Assembly (NCBI GenBank): GCA_050179755.1
Contig: JBFXEV010000001.1
Span: forward strand, 73,994-137,993
Origin: Candidatus Babeliales bacterium
Lineage (GTDB): Bacteria; Babelota; Babeliae; Babelales; JBFXEV01
DNA: 64,000 bases
Direction: 5' to 3'
In this document: piece after piece, positions 51,926 through 63,944 of the stretch
Numbering within the stretch: position 1 is the first letter of the stretch
Layout: each line of letters starts with the position of its first letter
Program-made: the position numbers and the translations under genes
Notes under the pieces: generated by a model
Seen by the model: the letters and a program-made list of their open reading frames with translations, nothing else
Told to the model about the DNA's origin: nothing
The model's database searches: none

Positions 51926-52699
51926 ATGCAACCAAAACTATTTCATGTATATGGCCCATTGTTTATTAATAGTTATGGTATTGCAATTGCCATTGGCTTA
52001 ATAATACTTGTTTTACAAACAAGTAAAGACAAGACTCTTAAAAAATATCTGAATGCCGATCAACTCTATGCTCTTATTATGCTTGGTATTTGTAGCGGCA
52101 TTGTGGGGGGGCGAGCATTATATTTGGTTACTAACTGGAGCGATCTTACTCATTGGTATGAAGTTTTTGCAGTCTGGCAAGGTGGCCTTTCTATTACTGG
52201 CGTTATTTTGAGCGTATTTATCAGCGCATGGCTCTACCTTTCTGCACATAGTATTCCCCTATTGCCTGTTACTGATCGGTTTGCAATCTATGCTCCGCTT
52301 GCTCAAGCATTTGGAAGACTGGGCTGTTTTATAGCAGGCTGTTGTTATGGCACGTTCTGCCAGCATTCGTGGGCTATTACCTATACGCATCGTGACGTAT
52401 TTGCGCCACTCTATGTTCCACTGCACCCCACGCAATTATATAGCGCATGCATACTTTTTTGTATTTTTATTTTTCTCTTGGTGCTATCCCGCAAATGTAC
52501 CATTAAGACCGGGCAATTAACGTTCCTTTACCTTCTTTTTGTAGGCCTTGAACGATTTATCGTTGATTTTTGGCGTGGTGATCGCACCTTTTTAGCAACA
52601 GACGTAGGAGGGCTCTCTGTACATCAACTGCTTTCTGGTGGTATAGTGATTATGGCACTCATTGCACTTATTGCAAATAAGCTGATAAAAAAGCGATAG
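51926..52699 (+). CDS. lgt: Prolipoprotein diacylglyceryl transferase
   Basis: SYG, GGR, GRLGCF..GCCYG, HPTQLY, RFIVDFWR. Confidence 0.93.
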   Translation: MQPKLFHVYGPLFINSYGIAIAIGLIILVLQTSKDKTLKKYLNADQLYALIMLGICSGIVGGRALYLVTNWSDLTHWYEVFAVWQGGLSITGVILSVFISAWLYLSAHSIPLLPVTDRFAIYAPLAQAFGRLGCFIAGCCYGTFCQHSWAITYTHRDVFAPLYVPLHPTQLYSACILFCIFIFLLVLSRKCTIKTGQLTFLYLLFVGLERFIVDFWRGDRTFLATDVGGLSVHQLLSGGIVIMALIALIANKLIKKR

Positions 52700-52731
52700 C
52701 AATATTTATTCTAAAATATAAACAGATAAAC

Positions 52732-52778
52732 TCGTTCGTTCTGAGTGAAACGCAGTGAACGAAGCAAGAAACGAACGA
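52732..52778. repeat. Palindromic repeat, divergent family A member
   Basis: tcgttcgtt/aacgaacga enclosing ctgag...cgaag. Confidence 0.55.
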
Positions 52779-52785
52779 TATAAAT

Positions 52786-54591
52786 ATGACTCTATTTAGT
52801 TATATAAAAAATCATCTTTCAATCCTGGACGTGGTGCAAGATTTTGTTGCACTCAAAAAAGCAGGCCTCTATTATAAAGGCCAATGCCCTTTTCATAAAG
52901 AGCGCACAGCCTCATTTACCGTTAGCCCACACAAAGAAATTTATTATTGTTTTGGGTGTCATTCGGGTGGTGACGTAATCTCATTTATTAGCACCATTGA
53001 ACGCTGCTCGCAACTTGAAGCTGCTCATTTTGCAATTGATCGCTATAAACTAAACGTGCCCGCAGAACTGCTTGAGCGAAACAAAACTAATACTACAGCC
53101 CACACTGATGAACGCAAACTCTATTGGGCTATTTGCAAACTAGTGGCAAATTGGTGCCATACCAATGCACTGAAAAATCCCGCCGTGTTATCCTATTTAC
53201 GCAGCCGAAATATTTCAGAAAGCAGCACTACTCAATTTACTATTGGCTATTTTCCGTCAGGGGCACATGCCTTACAACCGCTCCTTAAAAAAGCAGCCGA
53301 TGAAAATATATTGCTCACCGATCTTATTTCTGCCAATATTCTTGCACAAGGCAAACAACAGCATATATATTCCCCCTTTGAAGATCGCATCCTGTTCCCT
53401 ATCAAAGATTATATGGGTAACATATGTGGTTTTGGTGGCAGAATATTCAAGAAAGATGATGAACGGCCAAAATATTATAACTCACGTGAGCATACTCATT
53501 TTGATAAAGGCTCACTCCTATTTGGCCTTGATAGCGCAAAAAAACCTATTAGCGACTCTGGCTCAGTGTTTTTAGTGGAGGGTTATACCGATTGCATAGC
53601 AATGGTACAGCATGGCTATCCCAATACGGTGGCAACGCTAGGAACAGCTTGCTCAATGACACAAGTAAAAGTGCTTGCACGCTACGCCCAAACTCTATAT
53701 TTAGTGTATGATGGGGATGCTGCAGGGCAGCAAGCAATGCTGCGCTTAGCGCAAAATTGCTGGCATGCCGATATGGAGCTCATGCAAATACCACTCCCCC
53801 AAGGAATGGATCCTGCAAGCTACCTCAATCAATTCCGCACGCTTGATGCATTATTACCGCAAGCTCAAGATATTTTTAGCTATTACATTAATTCAGTAAC
53901 AGCCAATTTTGCAGGGCAACCGCTACAGCAAAAGATGAAAATAGCCCGAAAATTAATAGGCCTTATTGGGGAACTTAATGACCAGTTAAAGCAAGATATA
54001 TTACTGCAAAAAGCTGCAAAAACTCTCAATATGCCTTTTGAGTCGGTAAAAAATGAGCTTGCGCGTTCTCGAGAACACCCAAAATTGCACGCTGAACCTG
54101 TGTTTCAAGAAGCCGACGAAGCGGTAGCACTAGTGCTTGAGCCCCAAAATAACCAGCCATTGAAAGAAATTCCAGAGTTGGAAAAAAAGTTATTTTCTGT
54201 TATAATAAATAACGTTGATCAATTGCGGGATGAAGAGGTGGCATATCTTACTGCTTATTTAACTGAGCCATTACCCAACTTGCTGAATTTACTTTTGAGC
54301 TGCAAACGTGATAATGAAACCACCTACTTTAATGATTTTTTCTCACGATTAACCGCACAAGAAAAACAGCTTATTAGCCAGCTTACTATTGAATTTCACC
54401 CGTATGAACATCAACATAATTTGCAGCATTTATTTGTACAGTTTCAAAAAAACCATTGGAAAAAGTTTGTCACTGACGTAAAGCACAAGTTAGAAAGCGC
54501 CAATCAACAGAATAACACACAAGAAATTGCAACGATTTTAGCGCGCTTTCAAGCATTGAAAAAAAAGTTACTTCATAAGGGGTTGATATGA
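52786..54591 (+). CDS. dnaG: DNA primase
   Basis: CPFH..CFGC, FGGR, KYYNS, EGYTD, YDGDAAG. Confidence 0.97.
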   Translation: MTLFSYIKNHLSILDVVQDFVALKKAGLYYKGQCPFHKERTASFTVSPHKEIYYCFGCHSGGDVISFISTIERCSQLEAAHFAIDRYKLNVPAELLERNKTNTTAHTDERKLYWAICKLVANWCHTNALKNPAVLSYLRSRNISESSTTQFTIGYFPSGAHALQPLLKKAADENILLTDLISANILAQGKQQHIYSPFEDRILFPIKDYMGNICGFGGRIFKKDDERPKYYNSREHTHFDKGSLLFGLDSAKKPISDSGSVFLVEGYTDCIAMVQHGYPNTVATLGTACSMTQVKVLARYAQTLYLVYDGDAAGQQAMLRLAQNCWHADMELMQIPLPQGMDPASYLNQFRTLDALLPQAQDIFSYYINSVTANFAGQPLQQKMKIARKLIGLIGELNDQLKQDILLQKAAKTLNMPFESVKNELARSREHPKLHAEPVFQEADEAVALVLEPQNNQPLKEIPELEKKLFSVIINNVDQLRDEEVAYLTAYLTEPLPNLLNLLLSCKRDNETTYFNDFFSRLTAQEKQLISQLTIEFHPYEHQHNLQHLFVQFQKNHWKKFVTDVKHKLESANQQNNTQEIATILARFQALKKKLLHKGLI

Positions 54592-56609
54592 TTAAAAAAT
54601 TAGTTCAAAAAAAAACGACTACAAAAAAAGCAAGCACGTCTAAAACAACTCCTAAAAAATCTACTCCCGCAAAACGTGTAGCGAAGAAAAAAATCAAAGT
54701 TGAAGCCGCTGAAACAGCTGCGTTAGTTGCCGCCCCTACTGATGAATTAAGCCAAACTATTGTTGATGCCTTTATTGATAAAGCCCAACGCGCTGGCGTT
54801 GTAACATTTGAAGAAGTCAAAGATTTTGTACAGCAATACGGGCTTACCAAAAATGAAACACGCCTTATCATCCGACAGCTTGAAAAAGAAAATATTGAGC
54901 TTATCAACGAAAGCGAACTTGATAGCAGTATTGGCAGTAGCGGCGATGAAGATGCCAGCGCAGGCGCACAAAGCCTAATAGGCTCATTTTCTTCTGAAGA
55001 AGAAGATGAAGAGCTGAGCGAAGATGAAGAAGAAGGGGCAGAAGAAGATGACGATGAATCAATGTTGCGTGTTACTTCTGAATCTTCTGGGCTTGCTGAC
55101 GGCGTAAAAAGCTATTTACGTGATATTGGTAAAATCCCACTTCTTAATAAAAAAACCGAGCAAGTTATTTCAGACAACATAGCAAAAGGTAAATTTAAAA
55201 GTACTCAAGCTATTGCTCTCTTTCCATTAGTGCATAAAGAACTTTTTAGCGTTGCTGAACGGTTGCAAAAAGATCCACTCATTTTAAAGGATGTTATTCA
55301 ATTCTCTGACTTCGATCAGGAAAACCTGCCTAAGCTGGAAGCTGAGCGCGATGCGCTTATTAAAACTATTGCAGTACTTAAAGAACAAACTGGGGAAGTT
55401 GAAAAATTACAACAAGCGCTCAATGAAGCTTCTGATGCCAAATCAAAAAAAGAGCTCACAAAAAAAATAGAAACGCATCAAGCAGAGGTTTTTGCTACTA
55501 TTCAAAGTATTAAATTTGCAAATAAGTTTATTAAAAGAATGGCAAAACGAATCCAAAAAGCGCTCTCAAAACTGCAGGAAAAAGAACAAGAAATTGTTGA
55601 GGTAACCACAGAGTTAAAAAAATTGCAAAAAAGCAAAACTCTTGAAGAACAAGAACAAGAAGCTCTTGAATTTTATGAACGCACATTGCGCATTGCCCAA
55701 AAAACAGTGAGCACTCTTGAAGCAGAAATTGGATTGCCCATTGAGGAAGCCCAAAAACTATTTGCACAACTTCAAGAAGGTATTACCATCGATAAGCTTG
55801 CAAAAGATGACCTGGCCAGAGCAAACTTAAGGCTTGTAGTTAACATTGCCAAAAAGTATGTAAACCGTGGCCTTCACTTTCTTGATTTAATTCAAGAAGG
55901 CAATATTGGGCTTATGAAAGCTGTTGAAAAGTTTGAATTTGAACGTGGGTATAAATTTTCAACGTATGCAACATGGTGGATTAGACAAGCAATCACACGT
56001 GCTATTGCCGATCAGTCACGCACTATCCGTGTGCCAGTTCATATGGTAGAAACACTTAATAAAATTAACAAAATTAAGCGCACCTTTATGCAAGAGCATG
56101 GGCGAGAACCATCTAATCAAGAACTTTCTAAAGAATTAAATCTTGATGAAAAGAAAATAAAGAATATCATTAAGATCTCTAAAGAACCAATTTCACTTGA
56201 AACACCGGTTGGTGATAGCGAAGATGCGTATATTAAAGATTTTATTGAAAATGAAGATGAATACTCACCTGCCGACTCTGTTGCAAGCAACGATTTGAAA
56301 GAACGAGTGCGCGAATTGCTCAAAGGGCTTACCCCACGCGAAGAAAAAGTACTCAAAATGCGTTTTGGTATAGATGTAGCCTCTGAACATACCTTGGAAG
56401 AAGTGGGTAAAGATTTTGGCGTAACACGAGAGCGAATTCGCCAAATTGAAGTAAAAGCTATTCGCAAGTTACGGCATCCATCCAAAAGTGACGGCCTGCG
56501 TGAATTCTTTAATAAAAATGAGCAACCAAATGCTTCTAAAAAAAGCAAAGATGAAGCATACGAAGATAACGATAACGATGATAATTTAGACTCAGATTCT
56601 AGTGATTAA
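54588..56609 (+). CDS. rpoD: RNA polymerase primary sigma factor, copy 1 (Lys-rich N-terminus)
   Basis: [51 protein letters not shown]. Confidence 0.95.
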   Translation: MIKKLVQKKTTTKKASTSKTTPKKSTPAKRVAKKKIKVEAAETAALVAAPTDELSQTIVDAFIDKAQRAGVVTFEEVKDFVQQYGLTKNETRLIIRQLEKENIELINESELDSSIGSSGDEDASAGAQSLIGSFSSEEEDEELSEDEEEGAEEDDDESMLRVTSESSGLADGVKSYLRDIGKIPLLNKKTEQVISDNIAKGKFKSTQAIALFPLVHKELFSVAERLQKDPLILKDVIQFSDFDQENLPKLEAERDALIKTIAVLKEQTGEVEKLQQALNEASDAKSKKELTKKIETHQAEVFATIQSIKFANKFIKRMAKRIQKALSKLQEKEQEIVEVTTELKKLQKSKTLEEQEQEALEFYERTLRIAQKTVSTLEAEIGLPIEEAQKLFAQLQEGITIDKLAKDDLARANLRLVVNIAKKYVNRGLHFLDLIQEGNIGLMKAVEKFEFERGYKFSTYATWWIRQAITRAIADQSRTIRVPVHMVETLNKINKIKRTFMQEHGREPSNQELSKELNLDEKKIKNIIKISKEPISLETPVGDSEDAYIKDFIENEDEYSPADSVASNDLKERVRELLKGLTPREEKVLKMRFGIDVASEHTLEEVGKDFGVTRERIRQIEVKAIRKLRHPSKSDGLREFFNKNEQPNASKKSKDEAYEDNDNDDNLDSDSSD

Positions 56610-56636
56610 AAATTAACCCCTAAAGTAATAACATCT

Positions 56637-58547
56637 ATGCAGAAGAAAAAACTTGAATCAAAAGTAGTAGCAGAAGTAACCGAACTCAGTGCAAACGACC
56701 CTAAAGTAAGTATCATCAACAATTTTGTAGACAAAGCGCAACGCGCTGGCGTTGTGACCTATGAAGAAGTAATTGATTTTGTTAAACAATATGGTTTTAA
56801 CAAAGCCGATACTCGCATTCTTATTAAACAACTTGAAAAAGAAAACATTGAATTAATCATCGAAAGTGAACTTGAAAGTTCTATAGGCAGCAGCAGCGAT
56901 GAAGATGGTAGCCAAGCAGCACAACAAATGTTTGGTGAACTTGATAGCGAAGAAGAAGCCGATGAAGAAGATGGTCTTGATGACGGAGGCGACGACGAAG
57001 AAGATGATGACGACCAATCAATGCTGCGCGTTACTTCTGAATCAAGCGGCCTTGCCGATGGCGTAAAAAGCTACCTGCGCGACATTGGTAAAATTCCACT
57101 TCTCAATAAACAAACTGAAAAAGTTATTGCAGATAATATCATTCGGGGCCGCTTTAAAAGTACTCATGCAATATCATTAATGCCTTTTGTACAAAAAGAA
57201 CTCTATGCTATGGCTGAGCGGCTTGAGAAAGACTCTAATGCACTTAAAGATATTATTCAGTTTTCCGATTTTGACCAAGAAAATTTACCAAAAATTGAGA
57301 GCGAGCGAGATGCGCTTATTGCAACGATTAAATCTATTAAAGATTTAGCTGCCCAAGAAGAAAAAATTTATCATGAATATCGTGGCAAACTTGAAGATCC
57401 TAAGCTCAAAAAGGAAATGCTCCAGCGAGTTCAAGATAATAAAGCTAAAATCAGCGAGACTATTCAAAGTATAAAATTTGCTAATAAATTCATTAAACGC
57501 ATAGCCAAACTTGTTGATCGTATTATCAGTAAGATCAATGAGAAAGAACGTGAAATAGAAGAAGCAAACAAAGAACTTAAAAAATTACAAAAAAATAAAT
57601 TAGGCAGCCCAGAAGAACACACCGAAGCCGTTGAGTTCTATGAACGCATAGTGCGTGCCAACCAAAAAAATATTAAAAATATTGAAGGCGAAGTTGGGTT
57701 ACCATTCAAAGACACGTTGCGGCTTCTTGAACAACTAAAAGAAGGCATTCGTATTGATAAATTAGCCAAGGATGATTTGGCTCGCGCCAATCTAAGGCTT
57801 GTGGTAAATAATGCTAAAAAGTATATCAATCGCGGCCTTCATTTTCTTGATCTTATTCAAGAAGGCAATATTGGCTTAATGAAAGCTGTTGAAAAATTTG
57901 AATTTGAACGAGGTTATAAATTCTCAACTTACGCTTCTTGGTGGATTCGCCAAGCTATTACACGTGCTATAGCCGATCAATCACGCACTATTCGCGTGCC
58001 GGTACATATTGTTGAAACCATCAACAAAATGAACAAAATTAAACGCACGTTTATGCAAGAGCACGGCAGAGAACCTAATAACCAAGAACTTTCAAAAGAA
58101 CTTAATCTTGATGAAAAGAAAATAAAAAGCATTATTAAGATCTCAAAAGAACCTATTTCACTTGAAACACCGGTTGGTGATGGTGAAGATGCGTATATTA
58201 AAGACTTTATTGAAAGCGAAAACGATTTTTCTCCCGCTGAATCAGTTGCAAGTAACGACTTGAAAGAACGTGTACGTGAAGTGCTTAAAGATCTGTCTCC
58301 ACGAGAAGAAAAAGTTCTCAAAATGCGATTTGGCATTGATGTTGCTTCTGAACACACTTTGGAAGAAGTTGGTAAAGATTTTGGTGTTACACGTGAACGA
58401 ATTCGTCAAATTGAAGTCAAAGCAATACGTAAGTTACGCCATCCATCAAAGAGCGATAAATTGCGCTCGTTTTTCCAAAAAGAATATGATACGCTAGCAG
58501 CAGATACTATAATAGCCGATGACATGGAAGCAGATGAACTAGAATAA
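56637..58547 (+). CDS. rpoD: RNA polymerase primary sigma factor, copy 2
   Basis: All sigma70 regions 1.1-4.2 present, intact ORF. Confidence 0.95.
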   Translation: MQKKKLESKVVAEVTELSANDPKVSIINNFVDKAQRAGVVTYEEVIDFVKQYGFNKADTRILIKQLEKENIELIIESELESSIGSSSDEDGSQAAQQMFGELDSEEEADEEDGLDDGGDDEEDDDDQSMLRVTSESSGLADGVKSYLRDIGKIPLLNKQTEKVIADNIIRGRFKSTHAISLMPFVQKELYAMAERLEKDSNALKDIIQFSDFDQENLPKIESERDALIATIKSIKDLAAQEEKIYHEYRGKLEDPKLKKEMLQRVQDNKAKISETIQSIKFANKFIKRIAKLVDRIISKINEKEREIEEANKELKKLQKNKLGSPEEHTEAVEFYERIVRANQKNIKNIEGEVGLPFKDTLRLLEQLKEGIRIDKLAKDDLARANLRLVVNNAKKYINRGLHFLDLIQEGNIGLMKAVEKFEFERGYKFSTYASWWIRQAITRAIADQSRTIRVPVHIVETINKMNKIKRTFMQEHGREPNNQELSKELNLDEKKIKSIIKISKEPISLETPVGDGEDAYIKDFIESENDFSPAESVASNDLKERVREVLKDLSPREEKVLKMRFGIDVASEHTLEEVGKDFGVTRERIRQIEVKAIRKLRHPSKSDKLRSFFQKEYDTLAADTIIADDMEADELE

Positions 58548-58629
58548 TTTACAAAAGAGTAAATTATAGAGTATAAAAAAGATAGTTGTAATAAAGCATG
58601 TACCCTAGTATAAGAAGTGAAAAACGATT

Positions 58630-59967
58630 ATGAATTGTGAACCTATTTCGTCTGGTGTGTTACTAGCCCTCGCTGTTGGGTTTATTGTTTCATTAGCAAT
58701 TAATGCAATCTATTCATTCTTGGAAACAAGTGTAACGGGAATACGACTTTTTAAGCTCAAAGAAATGTCGCACTCCACCACTAAATTTCAAAGGCTTTTT
58801 GCAACGCTGGAAGCAAGCCCACATGAAGTGCTTTTAAGTATTTTAATTGCAAGCAGTTTGGCAAGTACTAGTGCTGCCACTTTGCTTTCTGCTATTGTGG
58901 AGCCATTACTTGCTCAAGTGGAATTTTCTAAAACACTGGGAATTCTTATTAGCGTAGTTGCAAGTACTGCGTTCATATTAGTATTTGGAGAAGCCATCCC
59001 CAAAAGCATTGCCAAAGTGCACGGGGAAAAACTATTTAAATCAACACTCTGGATCACCAATCTAACCTTTCAAGTAATGCGTCCATTTGTGTATTTGCTT
59101 ATCAAACTTTCAGGATACACGGCAAGACTGTTTGGCACTCCAGAAGACCCTACCGAATCAGTAACCTCTGAACGAGAAATCAGATTCCTCATTGATTATA
59201 TTAATGAAAAAGGATTAATGGACAAAGAAAAAACATCTATGCTTCATGCAATCTTTGAGCTGGGCAATAAACAAGTAGAAGAAATCATGGTACCTACAGC
59301 TGAAGTGATACAGCTTGAGGTTTCTGAACCGCTGAGCAATGCAGTAGCTCTTTTTGCACGCTATCAATTCTCTCGTTTACCCGTTTTTGAAAAAACAAAA
59401 GATAACATTATTGGTATGATCCACCAAAAAGATGTTTTTGTATTGCTCGTGCAAAAAAAAGAAGCAACACTCAAACATCTTATGCGCCCAATTATGTTTG
59501 TACCAGAGACTATGCGCATTAATCAGCTTCTGAATGAATTTCGCAAACAAGGCATGCATATTGCCGTTGTGCTCAATGAATTTGGAAGTATTACCGGCAT
59601 AGTAACACTTGAAGACGTACTTGAAGAAATTGTAGGCGAAATTAATGATGAGCATGAGGAAGCGCCGGAAAAAGTAATTGCCATAGATCAAAGTAGCTGG
59701 CTTGTTGCTGCAAGCATTGATCTTGATACGCTCGGCCATTTACTTGGTATAGAATTTCATGAAGAAGATGTAATCTCGTTGGGTGGTTTTCTTACTGAGC
59801 GGTTGCAACACGTCCCAAGAAAAGGCGAGCAAGTGTTCTATAAAAATTATTATTTTTATGTTCATAAAGCCTGCCATAGGCGTGTGCTCCAAGTGCTTGT
59901 AGCCAAAGATCTAAAATCGGCACTTAAATATATCAATTCGTTGCCAAAGAAAAAGCAGGAGAAGTAA
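58630..59967 (+). CDS. CNNM/DUF21-CBS-CorC (hemolysin family) protein
   Basis: FGEAIPK, FSRLPV, NEFG..GIVTLEDVLEEIVGEI. Confidence 0.92.
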   Translation: MNCEPISSGVLLALAVGFIVSLAINAIYSFLETSVTGIRLFKLKEMSHSTTKFQRLFATLEASPHEVLLSILIASSLASTSAATLLSAIVEPLLAQVEFSKTLGILISVVASTAFILVFGEAIPKSIAKVHGEKLFKSTLWITNLTFQVMRPFVYLLIKLSGYTARLFGTPEDPTESVTSEREIRFLIDYINEKGLMDKEKTSMLHAIFELGNKQVEEIMVPTAEVIQLEVSEPLSNAVALFARYQFSRLPVFEKTKDNIIGMIHQKDVFVLLVQKKEATLKHLMRPIMFVPETMRINQLLNEFRKQGMHIAVVLNEFGSITGIVTLEDVLEEIVGEINDEHEEAPEKVIAIDQSSWLVAASIDLDTLGHLLGIEFHEEDVISLGGFLTERLQHVPRKGEQVFYKNYYFYVHKACHRRVLQVLVAKDLKSALKYINSLPKKKQEK

Positions 59968-59981
59968 AAAAAGGAAGGTAT

Positions 59982-60371
59982 ATGAAAAGCATCCTATGTG
60001 CATCGGCATGCTGCATGCTAATGCTCTCTACGCTCTACACACTTTCTCAGGAGCCAAAAGATACCCAAATAGTTATTCCAGAAGAAATAGTCTTTGTACC
60101 ATTAACAGCCATCAAACCTTCTAGCACCAGCAACCCTTTCTATACAAAGCTTATATTTGCAACGTTAGCACTTGCAGGCGCCTTTGGTAAAATATTAATT
60201 GATTCAGGCACTAGTATTTTACTAGTAGATAGCATTACAACCACCTTAAAATCGCTTCTTGGTGCAGAATATGATGCAGAAGAGCATCAACCCCTTATCA
60301 ACGAATGCATTCAATTCATTAAAAAACAAGCACAAACACTTGTGAGCACTCAAGAACAAAAAAATGATTAA
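59982..60371 (+). CDS. Hypothetical secreted/membrane protein
   Basis: AGGAAGG RBS, signal-like leader, internal TM. Confidence 0.65.
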   Translation: MKSILCASACCMLMLSTLYTLSQEPKDTQIVIPEEIVFVPLTAIKPSSTSNPFYTKLIFATLALAGAFGKILIDSGTSILLVDSITTTLKSLLGAEYDAEEHQPLINECIQFIKKQAQTLVSTQEQKND

Positions 60372-60484
60372 GTGCTCATAACCCTTGAATCCTCTCATGC
60401 TCACATGCTACATTAAAGATAATAAAGCCCTTCTTGAAGAAACTACCGTTAAAAAAGAATCTATAAAAAAATGGAGACTTATTC

Positions 60485-60937
60485 ATGAACTACCTATATT
60501 TATTTTCTCTAACAATGCTCATAAATATTAATTGCTTAAGTATGCATCTTGATTTTAGCAACGCTGCCAAGGATATTGGTCAAGATCATGGCAAGTATGA
60601 AGCCAGAAGACTTACAGCACAGAACGTAAATAACACCGATCTTCTAAACCCTCTGTTTGAGCAATTGGATATTGCGGTTAAGTTCAAAAAAGACCACCCC
60701 GAATCCACAAGTCAGTTTAAAGGTTTTATTGTAGGCTTTGGCGCGACGATATTAGCACACAATGCAACTTGCCTAAAAACAAAAAAACCTGTAGTTACTT
60801 TGGATCACGCCATCTTTGAAGGACTTGTGACAAAACGCCAAGACGATGATGTAGCAACCAAAGAAAGTCGTGAAGAGCTTATTAAATTACTCAGGGATAC
60901 TTTAACATCCATGGATCTACTGACTTTAGATAAGTAA
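60485..60937 (+). CDS. Secreted hypothetical protein, paralog 1
   Basis: GGAG RBS; QL..PE..QF..F..G and SREEL shared with next gene. Confidence 0.7.
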   Translation: MNYLYLFSLTMLININCLSMHLDFSNAAKDIGQDHGKYEARRLTAQNVNNTDLLNPLFEQLDIAVKFKKDHPESTSQFKGFIVGFGATILAHNATCLKTKKPVVTLDHAIFEGLVTKRQDDDVATKESREELIKLLRDTLTSMDLLTLDK

Positions 60938-61031
60938 ATGGCTAATTCCCTCAAAATGATTTTACTCTAGAATAAAAAATGGGGCATGCCAGTACATTAA
61001 ACTATCAATAAACATCTTTATGGAAGGTCTT

Positions 61032-61454
61032 ATGAAGTACAACATTCTCCTTTTATCATTTTTTTTGCTAACAACAAACGGTAATGCCATGGATACAGAG
61101 TATGGCTTAAGCAATGTCAGTCATTTTATAAGCAAAGAAAAAGGAGAATTTGCCGCTCAAGAGGTATTTAAACGTGGTGCAGATTGCAATGAACTTTTAA
61201 TATCAATTCGCACCCAGCTTGAAGTAACCGTACCTTTGCACAATATCCCTGAAGCACACACTCAATTCCATAGTTTTGTATATGGTATAGTGTGGGCGTT
61301 GAAGAAACGTAATCTTACATTTACAAGACAACAATATACTGAGCACATTGTAAATCAAACAGGCAGTGATAAAGATCCTCAAACGCAAAAAAGCCGTAAG
61401 GAGTTGGTTGAACTCCTTACGGCTGATTTAACAAGAGCTGAAATGCTTACTTAA
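61032..61454 (+). CDS. Secreted hypothetical protein, paralog 2
   Basis: GGAAGG RBS; signal peptide ending GNA-M; SRKEL. Confidence 0.7.
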   Translation: MKYNILLLSFFLLTTNGNAMDTEYGLSNVSHFISKEKGEFAAQEVFKRGADCNELLISIRTQLEVTVPLHNIPEAHTQFHSFVYGIVWALKKRNLTFTRQQYTEHIVNQTGSDKDPQTQKSRKELVELLTADLTRAEMLT

Positions 61455-62433
61455 GATTAGTAAAGATTTGTTGCATAGATGCAAGTGATCCAACAAGCGA
61501 TCCCATTTCATAAGGAATCACCACCGTTTTTCCTTCTGTACCTTTTGTCATATCAGGCAATGCTTTAATATACTGCATTGCAACCAAATATGGCATAGGA
61601 TCACCATTAGGTACTTGGGCTTTAATCATTTGTATTGCTTTAGCTTCCGCTTCTACAATCTTAAAGCGAGCTTCTGCCTCACCTTGTGCGTTAATCACAC
61701 GGGCTTCAGCAGCACCTTGCGCACGAAGAACTTGTGATTCTTGTTCACCTTCTGCCTCTAAAATCGCAGCGCGTTTTTTACCTTCTGATTCAAGAATGGT
61801 TGCTCGGCGATCACGCTCTGCGCGCATTTGCTTTTCCATAGCATGGCGAATATCAATTGGTGGATTCACTTCTTGTAATTCCACACGGTTGATCTTCACA
61901 CCCCATTTATCGGTGGCTTCATCAAGAATCAAACGCAATTTCTCATTGATAAGATCTCGAGATACAAGCGTTTCGTCTAAATCCATAGAACCAATAACGT
62001 TACGCAGCGTTGTTTGTGTGAGTTTTTCAATTGCTTCAGGCAAATTACTCACTTCATACACAGCAGCTTTAGGGTCGGTAATTTGATAAAATAACACGGC
62101 ATTAATTTCCATAGTTACGTTATCTTTTGTTATCACGTTTTGCTTGGGAAAATCGTACACCGATTCACGTAAATCAAGACGATCAATTGTACGCGAAATA
62201 CGATAATAACGCTTACCATCTTCTGATATCACGTACGACCATAATACGCTGTGAGGCCGCGCAACAAATGGTGTTACAAAGTGCATGCCTGGCCCCAGTA
62301 TGCGATCAAATCGACCAAATCGTTCAATAACAACGGCTTCTGCTTGCCGCACCATGTATATGGAGGACAAAATAAACCAAGCCATCACTATAAAAGCAGT
62401 GAGTAAAAATACCCCAATTCCAAATATGATCAT
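61447..62433 (-). CDS. SPFH/band 7 (QmcA-like) protein
   Basis: ERFGR, ITKDNV, TLRNVIG, WGVKINRVE, KQMRAER. Confidence 0.93.
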   Translation of the reverse strand: MIIFGIGVFLLTAFIVMAWFILSSIYMVRQAEAVVIERFGRFDRILGPGMHFVTPFVARPHSVLWSYVISEDGKRYYRISRTIDRLDLRESVYDFPKQNVITKDNVTMEINAVLFYQITDPKAAVYEVSNLPEAIEKLTQTTLRNVIGSMDLDETLVSRDLINEKLRLILDEATDKWGVKINRVELQEVNPPIDIRHAMEKQMRAERDRRATILESEGKKRAAILEAEGEQESQVLRAQGAAEARVINAQGEAEARFKIVEAEAKAIQMIKAQVPNGDPMPYLVAMQYIKALPDMTKGTEGKTVVIPYEMGSLVGSLASMQQIFTNLK

Positions 62434-62474
62434 GAGAATATCCTTTCTAAGTTGTTTTTTAATTTAACTACAAG

Positions 62475-62930
62475 TTATCTGCTAGCAGCAAGCTCTTTTA
62501 CCACTACGTGAGCACCACGCTGATAAACCACCTCAACCAAAGTGCCATGAGGTATATGCTGATTATGGTCTGAACGCGCTGACCAAATTTCACCATTGAT
62601 TTTGACCTGCCCAAATTGATCAGGAACAATCGCTTTGGTAACTACAGCACGTTTACCTGGCAATGCATATACACCAGAAGGGTGTGATCCATGACCCGGG
62701 CCCGCATAGCCGGTTAAGCGTATCCATGAATAGAGAGCCAAAAACCCTAAGAGCGTTCCTATAAGGGCCACACTAGTTTGTACTACTAAATTATAGTCCA
62801 AATAGCTGGCTATTGCTGCAAGGCAAGCGCCTACGGCAAACGAAAGGCATAAGAACAAACCAGGATGCGCAATCTCAAATAGCACAAAAGTGAGTGCGAT
62901 AACTAGCCAAAAGAATATGAATTGATTCAT
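62475..62930 (-). CDS. NfeD family protein
   Basis: Three TMs, GQVKINGEIWSA; upstream of SPFH gene. Confidence 0.9.
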   Translation of the reverse strand: MNQFIFFWLVIALTFVLFEIAHPGLFLCLSFAVGACLAAIASYLDYNLVVQTSVALIGTLLGFLALYSWIRLTGYAGPGHGSHPSGVYALPGKRAVVTKAIVPDQFGQVKINGEIWSARSDHNQHIPHGTLVEVVYQRGAHVVVKELAASR

Positions 62931-63056
62931 GAGCTCGCCCTTTCATGCCGCAAAATTGAGCGTTATAGGAGCCAAGAGAGGTACCATTGAAGTTTTTTAC
63001 TTATTCTATTCTACACTAATTTGACAAAAACTCAATATCATAGCATACTATTTGTA

Positions 63057-63944
63057 ATGAAATATTTACAACATTCGTTGCTACTCATTACCCTGTTAAT
63101 AAGTACAACCCTTAAACCTCAAACACTTATGAGCAGCAAAAAAACTGTTCAACAAACAACTATCAAATTGGACCAACAAAACCAAACGTCGAGTCATTGG
63201 ATCAACGTCTGGGTTCATGGTACACGTTTAACCCCCAAAATATTTTTTAAAAAATTCTTTCATGTAACACGTGGGCTTCATAAAGCAACAAATCTCGAGC
63301 CTTCGTATCATCACCGAGCCATTGCCGAATGCTTACATACTATTGATCAAGATAAATTTAATCTCAACAATTTTTATTTATTTGGCTGGTCAGGAAAGCT
63401 CAGTTTTGAAAAACGCAAGCAAGCAGCGCAAGAACTTTGTAAAGAGCTTAATCAGTTAATAACAGACTATACGCTTGAACATGGCGTGCGACCCAAAGTG
63501 CGCGTTATCACCCATAGCCATGGCGGCAACGTGGCGCTCAACATGGCACTTTTTGCACAGAATAATGAATTATCGCTTGATGAACTGGTGTTATTGGCAT
63601 GCCCAGTACAAGAGGCAACACAAAACCTAATTAAACATTCTTGCTTTAAAGCAATCTACTCACTATATTCAACACGAGACGTGCTTCAAGTAATTGACCC
63701 GCAAGGCATCTATTTTGGGGAATACGAATCCATCGATTTTGATAATTTGTTCTCTAAACGGCAATTCCCGCAGCATCCAAAACTTAAACAAGCTGAAATA
63801 CAATATAATAACCGCGGCATTTTGCACGTTGAGTTTTTGCTCATTGAGAAATTATCTGGCTTTATTCAACATTTGCCACATATTCTTTGCATGCTTGCCT
63901 CGCACCATGAAGCAGACCAAAAAATTACTTTGCAAGATAATTAA
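63057..63944 (+). CDS. Secreted alpha/beta hydrolase-fold protein
   Basis: VWVHG, FGWSG, THSHGGN, LLACP; TTGACA-N17-CATACT upstream. Confidence 0.75.
   Translation: MKYLQHSLLLITLLISTTLKPQTLMSSKKTVQQTTIKLDQQNQTSSHWINVWVHGTRLTPKIFFKKFFHVTRGLHKATNLEPSYHHRAIAECLHTIDQDKFNLNNFYLFGWSGKLSFEKRKQAAQELCKELNQLITDYTLEHGVRPKVRVITHSHGGNVALNMALFAQNNELSLDELVLLACPVQEATQNLIKHSCFKAIYSLYSTRDVLQVIDPQGIYFGEYESIDFDNLFSKRQFPQHPKLKQAEIQYNNRGILHVEFLLIEKLSGFIQHLPHILCMLASHHEADQKITLQDN

Noticed and set aside
56117..58357. Similar antisense ORFs inside both rpoD genes
   Set aside because: Expected shadows of conserved coding sequence
54588..58547. rpoD duplication as an assembly artefact
   Set aside because: Many synonymous differences and distinct termini
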